A stretch of DNA of 64,000 bases from Candidatus Omnitrophota bacterium (lineage in GTDB: Bacteria > Omnitrophota > Gorgyraeia > Duberdicusellales > 4484-171): contig PMCS01000008.1 of assembly GCA_003154195.1 (NCBI GenBank), positions 79,366 to 143,365 of the forward strand, read 5' to 3'. Positions 36,901 to 46,885 of the stretch are shown in pieces. The position numbers and the translations under genes are program-made. Every line of letters starts with the position of its first letter. Position 1 is the first letter of the stretch. The notes under the pieces were generated by a model that was given only the letters and a program-made list of their open reading frames with translations, did not search any database and was not told the origin of the DNA.

Positions 36901-37560
36901 TTAATTTTCTAAAATTTTTGGGGTTGGCGCGGATTCAATACGTATGCCGCCATTATGCTCAATCTTAATCGTATAAATAAGGCCGGGAATAAATCTTGTT
37001 CCGGGAGCTTCAATTTGAGCGTTCTTCACCCCAACCCTCTTTGCCGCGCTGCTGTCCAAAGCGTACCCCCAGAAGTTCTCCCACAGCTTTTGCTCAAAAT
37101 AATTCTTCGCCACAGAAATCCTGTACCCGCCAGGAACTGACTTTGCCTTAGTTATCTCATGCTCAACAGTATTCGCCCCATCAAGAGAAAATACCTTCCA
37201 GAAAATATAGGCGCTCCTGCCGCGAAGCCCATCGCCTTTTTTAACATAAACATCATCGAACCGTATCACTAAAGATTGAAACTGGATAATATTATCGGGA
37301 AAAGTAAAATATAAGGGCGCTAAGGGATTACCTCGTGAATCGAACTCTAAAAATTTAATCGTAGTGGGGTGTTTTTTGGTCTTGGGGTCAAATTTTGTAT
37401 CCGTGACAATAGCTTGCGCGATTCGCGAATCGGCCTGCAGACGGACGATAATCTCTTTTAGTGTTTTAACTTCCTGGAAGCTGCGCCAAAAATAAAAACC
37501 AGCTAAAATTAACCCCAGGACAACCAGTAAATTAAAAATTAATTTAAGTTTTTTGAACAT
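36901..37560 (-). CDS. hypothetical membrane-anchored protein
   Basis: 219 aa with a single N-terminal helix. No recognisable domain. Confidence 0.45.
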   Translation of the reverse strand: MFKKLKLIFNLLVVLGLILAGFYFWRSFQEVKTLKEIIVRLQADSRIAQAIVTDTKFDPKTKKHPTTIKFLEFDSRGNPLAPLYFTFPDNIIQFQSLVIRFDDVYVKKGDGLRGRSAYIFWKVFSLDGANTVEHEITKAKSVPGGYRISVAKNYFEQKLWENFWGYALDSSAAKRVGVKNAQIEAPGTRFIPGLIYTIKIEHNGGIRIESAPTPKILEN

Positions 37561-37791
37561 TTATAGAAATATACTGCTCCCTATTAACAAAATAAGGTTT
37601 TTAAGCTGCCCCCCGGAATTACAAAAGAAAAAAGGCACCGACCCCTTTATCAATTCATTTTAAAAGTATAATTGGCCATTAGGCATTTATCATTTTTAAA
37701 AATTTAAAATGGTAAATGGTCAATGAACATTTTAAAATGAAATTACGTATTTATAATTTTGGTGCCTTTGTGTCTATATTTCGCTAAGGTT

Positions 37792-39765
37792 TTATTCGTA
37801 ACGCAGTGCCTCAATCGGGTTCAAACTGGCAGCCTTTTTCGCCGGCCACAGCCCAAACCCCACCCCCACGCCAATCGAAAAAACCGTAGAAAGGACGATG
37901 GACATCAGCGAAACCTTAGTCGCCCAGCCGGCAATAAGCGATAGGGCGATAGAGCTTCCGGCGCCGAGGATGATCCCGATAAGGCCGCCGGTAAAGGTCA
38001 TCACCACGGATTCGATAAGAAACTGCGCCATGATGTCGCTATTAGTCGCGCCGATGGCTTTACGCAAACCGATTTCCCGGGTGCGCTCGGTAACGGAAAC
38101 GAGCATTATATTCATAATCCCGATGCCGCCGACAAGAAGCGATATCGCAGCGATAAACCCCAAAAGCATCGTCATCGTCGTCGTCGTGCTTTTCAATGTC
38201 TCCTGGATATCCGCCATGTTACGGATCTCGAAGGAATTCTCCTGCTCGTCTTTGGTTACCAGGCGATGGCGCTTGATAATAAGTTTAGTGATAGCGTCCT
38301 GCGCCTCCTCCATCAATCCAATATCCTTGATCTCCACATCAATCGAATCAACATATTCTTTACCCAGAAGCCGGTACATCGCGGTAGTAATCGGCATCAC
38401 CACCAGGTCATCCTGATCCTGGAAGGTATTGGCGCCTTTTTCCGGCAAGATCCCGATTACTTTAAAATTTATCTTATTTATTTTTACCACCGCGCCGACA
38501 GGGCTGGCGTCGGCGAAAAGCTGGCGCACCGGGGTCATCCCTAAAAGAACCACCTTCGCGCGCGCACGCAGTTCGGCGTCGGTAAAAAATCTTCCCGTTG
38601 TAGGTTGTGATGCCCGCATTGTCGCGTAATCCACGCCTACTCCCTGGACCTGAGTATTCCAGTTTTTGTTGGCGTAAACCATCTGCCCCCGGCCCCGTAC
38701 GGTAGGAGAAACATTTTTGACCTGCGGCACTTTAAACATCGCGTCGCTATCAAGCATAGTAAACCGGGTAACTGTGCCGGACTCCATCGCCACCCCGCGC
38801 ATCTTGTTGGAACCGGGCCTCACCGTCAAAAGATTCGAACCAAGGGAGGCCAGGCTTTTGGCGATCGAATCCTGCGCGCCCTGGCCCAGAGCCAGCATCG
38901 CGATTACCGAGCCTACGCCGATAAGAATACCCAGCATGGAAAGGACCGAGCGCATCTTATGGGAAATGATGGAATAAAAAGCCTGTTTCAAATGGTCGCC
39001 AAACTCCGCCTTTGCCTTATCGCCGCTGATTGCCAACAAAGCCTTATCCAAGGAACCATCGCTGCCGGCTTTTGCGGCCAATTTTACCTGCGGCGGCGCT
39101 TTTGTTTCATCGGAAATTATTTTTCCGTCGCGCATACGGATAATCCTTTTGGCGTGCACCGCGACTTCATCCTCATGGGTGACCATAATAATGGTCTTAC
39201 CCTGTTCATTAAGTTTTTTTAAAATAATGATAATTTCCTGTTCGCTTTTAGTATCGAGGTTGCCGGTCGGTTCGTCGGCAAAAATAATCGGCGGGTCATT
39301 AACCAAAGCCCGGGCAATGGCAATACGCTGCTGCTCGCCGCCGGAAAGCTCATTGGGCCGGTGCAGCATTCTTGCCTCAAGCCCGACGTCGATGATTTTC
39401 TGCCGGGCCTGCGCCTGCATCTTGCGCTTGCCGGCGTATAATAACGGCAAGGAAACATTTTCCAAAGCGGTGCTGCGGCCGAGCAGGTGGAATTGCTGGA
39501 AAACAAAACCGGCAATTTTGTTGCGGATTGCCGCCAATTCGTCATCATTGCAATTATCGATTTGTTTTTTCCCTAAAAAATAGCTGCCCTTATCCGGCCG
39601 GTCAAGAAAACCTAAAAGATGCAGCAGGGTAGATTTGCCCGAACCGGAAGGGCCCATGATCGCAACGAACTCGCCCTCTTCTATCTTGAGCGACACATCG
39701 CGCAAAGCGTAAACCGCCGCCGTGCCTATGCCGTAAGTTTTGGAGATATTCTTGAGTTCAATCAT
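37792..39765 (-). CDS. macB: MacB-type ABC transporter (fused ATPase plus FtsX permease)
   Basis: Walker A GPSGSGKST, LSGGEQQR signature, a periplasmic domain and four TM helices. Confidence 0.9.
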   Translation of the reverse strand: MIELKNISKTYGIGTAAVYALRDVSLKIEEGEFVAIMGPSGSGKSTLLHLLGFLDRPDKGSYFLGKKQIDNCNDDELAAIRNKIAGFVFQQFHLLGRSTALENVSLPLLYAGKRKMQAQARQKIIDVGLEARMLHRPNELSGGEQQRIAIARALVNDPPIIFADEPTGNLDTKSEQEIIIILKKLNEQGKTIIMVTHEDEVAVHAKRIIRMRDGKIISDETKAPPQVKLAAKAGSDGSLDKALLAISGDKAKAEFGDHLKQAFYSIISHKMRSVLSMLGILIGVGSVIAMLALGQGAQDSIAKSLASLGSNLLTVRPGSNKMRGVAMESGTVTRFTMLDSDAMFKVPQVKNVSPTVRGRGQMVYANKNWNTQVQGVGVDYATMRASQPTTGRFFTDAELRARAKVVLLGMTPVRQLFADASPVGAVVKINKINFKVIGILPEKGANTFQDQDDLVVMPITTAMYRLLGKEYVDSIDVEIKDIGLMEEAQDAITKLIIKRHRLVTKDEQENSFEIRNMADIQETLKSTTTTMTMLLGFIAAISLLVGGIGIMNIMLVSVTERTREIGLRKAIGATNSDIMAQFLIESVVMTFTGGLIGIILGAGSSIALSLIAGWATKVSLMSIVLSTVFSIGVGVGFGLWPAKKAASLNPIEALRYE

Positions 39766-39766
39766 T

Positions 39767-39826
39767 TTATTTTTTTGCTCCGCAAAAAAATAACCGGATA
39801 AATTTTTTGCAAAGCAAAAAATTTAT
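39767..39826. repeat. two tandem AT hairpin modules
   Basis: ttatttttttgctccgcaaaaaaataa and ataaattttttgcaaagcaaaaaatttat, between the macA stop and the macB start. Confidence 0.75.
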
Positions 39827-40806
39827 CGCCGGGCGCCGCCGCGCGGGCCGAACGGCACAAGGGGATTGCTGCTGCCGGGATTATTTTTTTTCTTAGCAAC
39901 GTTAGCTTTTTCCGGCATAATCAATACCACATCCTCGGCTTCTAAACCGGAAATAATTTCCGTGTTTTTGTCGTCGGCAATGCCGGTAGTTATTTCCACC
40001 CGCGTAGGCTTTTTGCCGTCGCCGCCATGGTTCTTCACAAAAACAAAAGTGCCATGCTTGCCCTGCTTTACCGCCTCGTTGGCAAGCATTAAAACATTAG
40101 TCCTGCTTTCTTCGATAATATCCACGTTGGCGCTCATCCCGGAACGAAACACATCAGGAACCTGGTCCGGTAAAATATCAACCTCATAAATCGTGACATT
40201 GTTAACCGTTTTCGATTCATAATAAATATGGTCGACTTTACCTTTAGCTTTTATCAGAGGGTAAGCGTCTAAGCTGATACTCGCTTCCTGGGCAAGCTTC
40301 ACTTTCCCGACATCGGTCTCATCGACCTGCGCCTGGACAATCAACCGGTCCGACAGGACAATAACCGGGTCGGAAGACGTCATGGTCTGGCCGGGCTCCA
40401 CGGAACGAACGATAACCTGCGCGTCGATCGGGGCGACCAAAGGCGTCGGCTTATAAACATCTTTCCAATACGCTATCGCGGTCGCGCCCTGCGTCCTGGC
40501 AGCGTCAAGCAAAGCTGCCCGCTCGGTAGAGCTCATCCACGCCAAAACCTGACCCGCTTTTACTTTTTGGCCCTCGACGACCAGGATTTCCTCGACGCGG
40601 CCGTTGATCGGCGGCTTGATCTCCAGGCGATTCTGGGGCTGCACCACCCCGGTGGTAGAAACAGACGTCTGGATATCGCCGTAGACAGGGGTTACTTCTT
40701 TGATAACTTCACCCTTAGCGCTGCCTTTTTTAAATTTTACGAATAATGCGACGGCGGAAATAACAATAATTATAATAACGATAATTTTTAATTTATTGAT
40801 TTTCAT
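39823..40806 (-). CDS. macA: periplasmic adaptor (membrane fusion) protein, HlyD/MacA family
   Basis: N-terminal anchor, a biotinyl-lipoyl-like hairpin and a beta-barrel. Overlaps tolC by 14 bp. Confidence 0.85.
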   Translation of the reverse strand: MKINKLKIIVIIIIVISAVALFVKFKKGSAKGEVIKEVTPVYGDIQTSVSTTGVVQPQNRLEIKPPINGRVEEILVVEGQKVKAGQVLAWMSSTERAALLDAARTQGATAIAYWKDVYKPTPLVAPIDAQVIVRSVEPGQTMTSSDPVIVLSDRLIVQAQVDETDVGKVKLAQEASISLDAYPLIKAKGKVDHIYYESKTVNNVTIYEVDILPDQVPDVFRSGMSANVDIIEESRTNVLMLANEAVKQGKHGTFVFVKNHGGDGKKPTRVEITTGIADDKNTEIISGLEAEDVVLIMPEKANVAKKKNNPGSSNPLVPFGPRGGARR

Positions 40807-42058
40807 CTAAAGTCACTCCTTTGGCTTGTGCCCAATTCGCCTCCGCGATAAGAGCGTTATATTGAGTATTGAGAAATGCCTTTTTCGCGCTCACGAAAGC
40901 GTCTTCGATGATCGTCCAGGTATCAAAAGTAATAAGGCCGATCGAATACTCCGCCTGGGCTATTTTTGAACGTTCCTTTGCCGCCGCTAAAAACTTTTTT
41001 TGTACCCCCAGGTTATCGATGGAATTTTGTAAATTGATCCAGGTCTGTTCAAGCGTTAAAAGCACTCCGTCTTTACCGCTGCGTTCATCCGCCTGGGACT
41101 GGTTGAAAACGGCGCGCGCTTTATCATATTGCGCCAGCCGGCTTCCCCCTTCGAATAAAGGAAACGACACGCTTATCCCCATACTCCACTGGTTCTGGGA
41201 CGGCGGCCACTGCGAATCGGTTTTGCCGGCGGAAGCATTAGCATAAATCTGCGGGAAAAAATCCGCGCCGGCAGATTTTATGCCGAGCCGCGCGGCTTCC
41301 TTACGGGCAATTAATTCCTGTAAAAACGGCGAACCTTGCGCCACCGCCTCAAATTCAGGCATCAATCTATCGGTGTCAACGATGATAAAGTTACCTTTTA
41401 TTGCCGGCGTCGAAAAAACGCTCCTGCCTAATTCCTTGATCAAGCTCCGATTGGCTAACAGTATATTTCTTTGCGACTGGCGCACTTCAAATTCCGCCTG
41501 GGCCAAATCAGCGGCGGCGGAAAGAAGCGACCCCCGGTGTTCGCTGCCGGCGTTATACCGCATTTCGACCAAAGCATAATTATCCCGGCGGAGCTTTAAT
41601 ATGCCCCTGGTAATATTTAAAAGCTTATATGCCTGCAAGAGGCCGGCGAAAGCGGTGCGCAGCCTGAGGCGGATGTTTGACGATGTCACCTGGTAGGCAT
41701 AAAAACTGGCTTTTAAATTCTGCGACGCCGCGCGCACATTATAAATAGTCTTCAATCCGTCGAATAATAATTGCTGGCCGGATACCCCGTAAGAATAAGA
41801 ATCGGACTTTATCCCGGCAGTATTGCGGGAAGTTTGCTGGTTGGCGGTGCTGTTTATCTGGGGGAGATAATTGCTCCGGGCGATCGATTTATCGGCAGCG
41901 ACCTGGTTTACCTTTTCCCGCGCCGAGATCAAATCCGGATGGTCGGTCTTCGCTTCAGCGACACAATCCTGCCAGCCGAGAATATCCTGCGCGAAGGAAA
42001 CCCCTTCAACGCCCGTGCACAACAAAAATAAGCAAAGTATAATTTTAGTTAACCGCAT
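40793..42058 (-). CDS. TolC-like outer-membrane efflux protein
   Basis: 421 aa with a signal peptide and duplicated OEP repeats. Confidence 0.7.
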   Translation of the reverse strand: MRLTKIILCLFLLCTGVEGVSFAQDILGWQDCVAEAKTDHPDLISAREKVNQVAADKSIARSNYLPQINSTANQQTSRNTAGIKSDSYSYGVSGQQLLFDGLKTIYNVRAASQNLKASFYAYQVTSSNIRLRLRTAFAGLLQAYKLLNITRGILKLRRDNYALVEMRYNAGSEHRGSLLSAAADLAQAEFEVRQSQRNILLANRSLIKELGRSVFSTPAIKGNFIIVDTDRLMPEFEAVAQGSPFLQELIARKEAARLGIKSAGADFFPQIYANASAGKTDSQWPPSQNQWSMGISVSFPLFEGGSRLAQYDKARAVFNQSQADERSGKDGVLLTLEQTWINLQNSIDNLGVQKKFLAAAKERSKIAQAEYSIGLITFDTWTIIEDAFVSAKKAFLNTQYNALIAEANWAQAKGVTLDENQ

Positions 42059-42143
42059 CAGTTATTATTTTATCCTCCGCAGACTTAGACAAAAGAAACC
42101 GGCTAAAAGTTCCGCTATTGCCGGCGGCGCGAAAAACCGCCGG

Positions 42144-42530
42144 TTATTTGCCTAAAATATTTTCCACCATCGTTAAAAGCGCCTCGTTGTCAAACGGCTT
42201 GGGGATAAAAAAAATATTTTTGATCGATCCGCAGGAAATCCTTTGTTCATCAATATAATGCCCCGAAAGAATAATGACCGGGATATCGCGGGTGTGCAGG
42301 CTGCCTTTCAACCTGGCGATAACTTCATACCCGTTCATCGTCGGCATATTCATATCGAGAATAAGCAGGTCGGGGACATCGGCGTCGATGAGGTCCAGCG
42401 CCTTCTTGCCGTCGGGAGCGTCCCGCACCTGGGTAAAACCCCTGGCCGTTATGACCTGCCTGAGCAAATCGATGATCTCCGGTTCATCATCGGCGATGAC
42501 TATTTTCTTTGATTGTTTTTTACCGGGCAT
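42144..42530 (-). CDS. stand-alone response-regulator receiver (CheY-like)
   Basis: IVIADDEPEII...LLILDMNMPTMNGYEV...; phospho-acceptor Asp present. Confidence 0.85.
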   Translation of the reverse strand: MPGKKQSKKIVIADDEPEIIDLLRQVITARGFTQVRDAPDGKKALDLIDADVPDLLILDMNMPTMNGYEVIARLKGSLHTRDIPVIILSGHYIDEQRISCGSIKNIFFIPKPFDNEALLTMVENILGK

Positions 42531-43239
42531 AATAGGAACCGAACATCCCTTCCAGGCTGTCCAGCATCTCCTCCAGCGTCATATTTATATAATTGGCGGC
42601 GGTGTCCAGGATAACGAAAGCGTTCACGCCGGCGTCGCGGGTAGTAATGTCAAGAAGCCGGCTGCAAAAACTCTTATCGACTACCCGGACATCTTCGTAA
42701 ATCTTCTTAAGATTCTTTAAATCCCAGTCGGGCTTGCCGCCTCTTCGATGGCAAAAATATTGCGCCGATAGGTACATCGAGATCATCCGGTAGGCCGTCT
42801 CCTCCATACTGGCGAAAGGAAGATGAAAACGCACCATCGGCTGTAATTTGGCCATAATCGGACAGCCGCTGGTAACCATATAAATACCGATCAAAGAACT
42901 CAACCCATACTGCAGGGGAGCATTCTTAAGATATGTCCTTTCATCAGATTGAACCAAGACTTCTATTTCTTCATGCGAAACGGAAGTCTTGAAAAAATCG
43001 ATAACGTCGGCCAGGTTAACGGCAACGGGGCAAAAACGACAGGAATTATCGTCTAAGGGGCAAATCGGGCACTTATGGTATTTCAATTCGGTCCAGGGGT
43101 ATGGCGATTCTTTCCGGGGATTTATATAATTTAAATCCCTAGCGCCCAAAGAAATCTTGAATTCTTTTTTAACTCCGTCCTTAAAAGTAAACCGGTAAAC
43201 GTAGTTGATGGTGTTGGCGTCATTAATATTTCCCGTCAT
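42520..43239 (-). CDS. hypothetical Cys-rich protein co-transcribed with the receiver gene
   Basis: 239 aa with HKCPICPLDDNSCRFCP. No recognisable family. Overlaps the receiver gene by 11 bp. Confidence 0.5.
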   Translation of the reverse strand: MTGNINDANTINYVYRFTFKDGVKKEFKISLGARDLNYINPRKESPYPWTELKYHKCPICPLDDNSCRFCPVAVNLADVIDFFKTSVSHEEIEVLVQSDERTYLKNAPLQYGLSSLIGIYMVTSGCPIMAKLQPMVRFHLPFASMEETAYRMISMYLSAQYFCHRRGGKPDWDLKNLKKIYEDVRVVDKSFCSRLLDITTRDAGVNAFVILDTAANYINMTLEEMLDSLEGMFGSYYAR

Positions 43240-43298
43240 CTAAATTCCCCTTTAAGAGCCGTCGGCAACGTCAAGATGTTGTTCCTTCTTTACTTCTC

Positions 43299-43658
43299 TT
43301 ACATTCTTTCTGCCGTACCTCTCAGCAAAACCAATATCGCCGAATGCGGAGCAACAACATATTTTTTGTTTTCGAATTTTATCTCAACGCCCTGATCCCG
43401 CAAAAAAATACAATAATCACCAGGCCGCGCCTGTAAAGGAAAATACCTGTCCCGCGCTTTAGTCGCCCAGGGCTCCTGGTCCAAAAGGCTGGGGTCGGGC
43501 ACAGGGTACCCCGGGCCGGTCTTCACGATTTTACCCGACTGCACCCGATCTTTATCTTTTACTCCCTGAGGAAGATAAAGCCCGCTGTCGGTCTTACCTT
43601 CACCCTCATCAAGCTCAATCAGCACCTTGTCGCCTACGATTATAAGTTCTTTGTCCAT
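43299..43658 (-). CDS. GroES/Cpn10-like protein with insertion
   Basis: IIVGDKVLIELDEGEGKTDSGLYLP...GDYCIF...KYVVAPHSAILVLL has a GroES-like pattern but with a 15-20 aa insert. No groEL adjacent. Confidence 0.4.
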   Translation of the reverse strand: MDKELIIVGDKVLIELDEGEGKTDSGLYLPQGVKDKDRVQSGKIVKTGPGYPVPDPSLLDQEPWATKARDRYFPLQARPGDYCIFLRDQGVEIKFENKKYVVAPHSAILVLLRGTAERM

Positions 43659-43662
43659 ATTT

Positions 43663-43980
43663 TTAATGAAACTTCGCCAAACACAAGCCCGAAGGGCGCC
43701 GCGCGAGGCGGTAGTCGAATTATCCCGAAGGGACGGGATTTACTTCGTAAAAAAATATCCTCCATCCGCTTCGCGGATGGAGAAAAAATAAATAAAATAT
43801 TTCCCCTGCGTCTTTAATGATACTAAAACATCTTGTTTTAGTCAACCCCGTTAGAAAACTTCGTTTTCTAACGGGGTAAAGATAAATAGTTTAACCGAAA
43901 AAATTTTTCCTGCCTAAGGCAGGGCAAGACCGAGAAAATGCGTAACCGCATTTTCTCGGTTAGCGAAAACTATTTATCTA
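43663..43980. repeat. mosaic of at least seven hairpin repeat modules (candidate structured RNA)
   Basis: Inverted family-3 element (43663-43740); ccatccgcttcgcggatgg (43762-43780); ctaaaacatcttgttttag (43823-43841); ccccgttagaaaacttcgttttctaacgggg (43848-43878); cctgcctaaggcagg (43909-43923); ccgagaaaatgcgtaaccgcattttctcgg (43929-43958); all within an outer palindrome agataaatagttt...aaactatttatct. Confidence 0.75.
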
Positions 43981-45981
43981 TTTATTGATTTTAGCCACCA
44001 ATTCTTCAATTCGGTGCTCCACGCTGCGCTCGATCATCGCCGGTAATAACGCGTGTAATTTTTTCTTAAAATCCGAGTCCAACCATTTAAAATTCATCGC
44101 CTCGTAAGAACCGGATAGCTGGAAATCAAAATCCAGAAAAAACGAATTTTTATCAATAAGACCGAATAACGGCCGGAATTTAGGCGAAGCGGCCAAAATA
44201 TTTTTGGATAAAAGAAGCGAGAGACGGCTGGAAACCAGGCCTTCGGCGTTTACGCTGAGGCTGCCCTTCAATTTCACATCGGGAGAGTTTAATTTTATTT
44301 TTTCGATATTGACCGTCTCATCTTTTATTACAAACTGCGCGATCAGTCGATCGAAATCAATTTTTTTAAGGGGCGGTAAAATGAAGAAATCGGATAACCA
44401 GTTAAAAAAACTAACATCCTTGAGACAGCCGTTTTGTATGAAAAAATTTCCTTTTAAAAAAGGAAATAAATAATTATTATAAACGATACCGGCGTCGCAT
44501 TTGCCGTGAAACCCCTTAAACCGTGGCGACAAATCAACCAATTTACCGGCGTCGGCGCCTTTAACTGCGATATTGCATGATTTTAAAAATAGGCCGCGGT
44601 TAAAATCCAATACCCCTTCTGCCCGCAAAAATCCGTCGTAAAGATAAGAAGAAAATTTAAAATCTCCGGCGCCGATCCTTCCCGCCGCCATAAAATCTTT
44701 TAAAAAAATACGGGAAGTATTCTTGCCGGCTTTATAAGAAATTTTTGCCTCGGGAAAATATAACCGCAACCCCGCGAGCAAATTTACGCCCAGCGATAAA
44801 TCTTTAAATTTCGCGACCAACCTGGTAAAATCGCGGTAATCCGGTTTTTGTAAAAAATCATAATAAACCTTTCCGCTGAATTTACCGGATTTTACGGCCC
44901 CTAAAACACCCAGATCAAATACGTTTAAATTTTTAACTTCCCGACGATATCGCTGGGCCGGATAGGAAGAAAACTTAAAATTTAAGAGGTAAGCTTTATC
45001 CCCGGAAATAACGCCGCGCAGGCCATAGGGTACACCTTGTAAGGAAAAAGTGAAATTCTCCAAAGTAATGGTTTTCCCGTTAATTTTTGCCAAACAATCA
45101 AAATCGAAAATATCAAAAGATTTCCTGCTTGAGAAATAAGGATGCGGCATATTTGTTTCGCCGAAACCGCCTATGGCACCGGACAGTTTATCGGGAAAAT
45201 TGATCGCGGCGATTAGATTGCTCAATGATAAAACCCCGTTAAGCCGTAAGGTATCTTGCTGAAAAGACCCCCAGAACTTCGCATAAAAGTAATTCTTTTT
45301 TAACTCTAGATTCTCGATGTTTACGCCGTTTTTTGTCCGATATCCGGAAAAACTAAATTCTAAAAAATTATCTTCCGCCGGCGCCTTGTTCCCGGCGCCG
45401 AAATTAATAAATTTGCCCAGCCTGATCCGGCCATAACTCGATATAAGATTATTACGCGATTTTTCAAAAACAACGTCAGCCCCTATTTTCAAAAAATTAT
45501 TCTCCCCTGATATAAATAAAGCGTTCCTCAGGACAACGCTAAAATCTTCCGCTTCCTCCGGGGTATAATCGAATAGACGCCCCTGAATATTTTCGCGGGA
45601 AAAGCTCCCGTAATTGTTGACAGTAATCACTGGTTTATCGATATAAATCCTGGTAATTTTAAAATCTCCTCCTGAGATAAACTGGAACAAAGGGAAAAAG
45701 ATTTTAACTTTTCGGGCGCGGTTAAAAAAGAAGCTTCTTCCCCGTCCGGAAGGAGGCTTAAAGGAAATATCGTTGATGATAAAACAATGGGGAGGAAAAT
45801 ACAAAATATTACGAAAAGTTACCGGCTGGCCTAAATACGCGGATATATCGCGCTCAATCTTAGTTTTCTGGATATTTACCGCGACATTAAAAACCAATGA
45901 ACCAAAAACTATCGATCCCGCTACAATCAAACTGCCCCGCAATAACCGGGAAACAGTTCTACGATAAGTATTCTTTGACAT
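43978..45981 (-). CDS. AsmA-like / DUF748-type envelope biogenesis protein (putative)
   Basis: 667 aa with an N-terminal TM helix then a long beta-rich domain. Confidence 0.35.
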   Translation of the reverse strand: MSKNTYRRTVSRLLRGSLIVAGSIVFGSLVFNVAVNIQKTKIERDISAYLGQPVTFRNILYFPPHCFIINDISFKPPSGRGRSFFFNRARKVKIFFPLFQFISGGDFKITRIYIDKPVITVNNYGSFSRENIQGRLFDYTPEEAEDFSVVLRNALFISGENNFLKIGADVVFEKSRNNLISSYGRIRLGKFINFGAGNKAPAEDNFLEFSFSGYRTKNGVNIENLELKKNYFYAKFWGSFQQDTLRLNGVLSLSNLIAAINFPDKLSGAIGGFGETNMPHPYFSSRKSFDIFDFDCLAKINGKTITLENFTFSLQGVPYGLRGVISGDKAYLLNFKFSSYPAQRYRREVKNLNVFDLGVLGAVKSGKFSGKVYYDFLQKPDYRDFTRLVAKFKDLSLGVNLLAGLRLYFPEAKISYKAGKNTSRIFLKDFMAAGRIGAGDFKFSSYLYDGFLRAEGVLDFNRGLFLKSCNIAVKGADAGKLVDLSPRFKGFHGKCDAGIVYNNYLFPFLKGNFFIQNGCLKDVSFFNWLSDFFILPPLKKIDFDRLIAQFVIKDETVNIEKIKLNSPDVKLKGSLSVNAEGLVSSRLSLLLSKNILAASPKFRPLFGLIDKNSFFLDFDFQLSGSYEAMNFKWLDSDFKKKLHALLPAMIERSVEHRIEELVAKINK

Positions 45982-46027
45982 AAAAATCTTTTATACAAAC
46001 GTTACAGAATATCCTAATTATCAGTTT

Positions 46028-46558
46028 TTAGAAAGTGATTTTTGCGCCAAGCTTGTCATCGATAAAAATTTCTACCCGGTCGATAAAATACCTGGCCTTA
46101 TATTTTTTGGAAAGAGCCGATTTATAACGATATTCTTTAAAATCTTTAAAAATAAGAAAGTTCGTTTTAGCCTTAACAATCCGGGTTTCTAAATCTTTAG
46201 CTAAATTATCATTTTTTTGCCGCTCGGCGATTTGCGCTAAATAAAAAAAGGCGAAAACCACGGCGCCGGACCCCGGATACTTAGAAATTAATTCGTTAAA
46301 CGCCGCCGCGGCCGGCCCTGTGTCATTAACCAAAAAATAATACTCCCCCACCGCGAATAAAGCGTCAGGAAAAAATTTAGAATCGGGATAATTCCTGACA
46401 ATCAGGTCAAAATAGGAAAAAGCGAAATCAACGCTTTTCGCCCGGCTGCATTCAATCCCTTTTGAATATAAATCTTTGTCTTCGCCGGCAAAAACCGGAT
46501 TAAAAAACAACGCGTTAAAAAATAGAGTGATTAAAATTATCAGGGTGTATTTTTTCAT
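46028..46558 (-). CDS. secreted TPR-like protein (YbgF/BamD-like)
   Basis: Signal peptide, then two ...NYPDS..FPDALFAVGEYYF / ...KYPGSGAVVFAFFYLAQ repeats. Confidence 0.5.
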   Translation of the reverse strand: MKKYTLIILITLFFNALFFNPVFAGEDKDLYSKGIECSRAKSVDFAFSYFDLIVRNYPDSKFFPDALFAVGEYYFLVNDTGPAAAAFNELISKYPGSGAVVFAFFYLAQIAERQKNDNLAKDLETRIVKAKTNFLIFKDFKEYRYKSALSKKYKARYFIDRVEIFIDDKLGAKITF

Positions 46559-46885
46559 AAGTTTTAGCGATAATTATTTTATACCCGGCGAGACTCATTG
46601 CTTAGGGCAATGGGACTAAGCCTCAAACTCATTGCCCCCTTCGGGGCAATGAAACTTGGCCCGCCAAATACGGCGGGAGTTAGTTTCATTGATTCGGCTA
46701 TCCCCCTACGGGGATAGTTCAACTAAGCCCGGGGCACCAGGCAAGTTTCATTACGGCGAAGTCTCAAGCTCATTACCTGAAATCTGAAGTCGCGCTCTAA
46801 GCGCTCCCACGATTCCAGGTAATTCGACTACCGCCTCATTCTGCGCCCTTCGGGCTTGTATTCGGCGAAGTCTCATTAGATATCG
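46559..46885. repeat. tandem array of short hairpins ending in a family-3 element
   Basis: cattgcttagggcaatg; cattgccccttcggggcaatg; cccgccaaatacggcggg; ctatccccctacggggatag; gcgctctaagcgc. Then ggtaattcgactaccgcctc...cttcgggcttg...ggcgaagtctcattaga (46818-46882). Confidence 0.75.
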
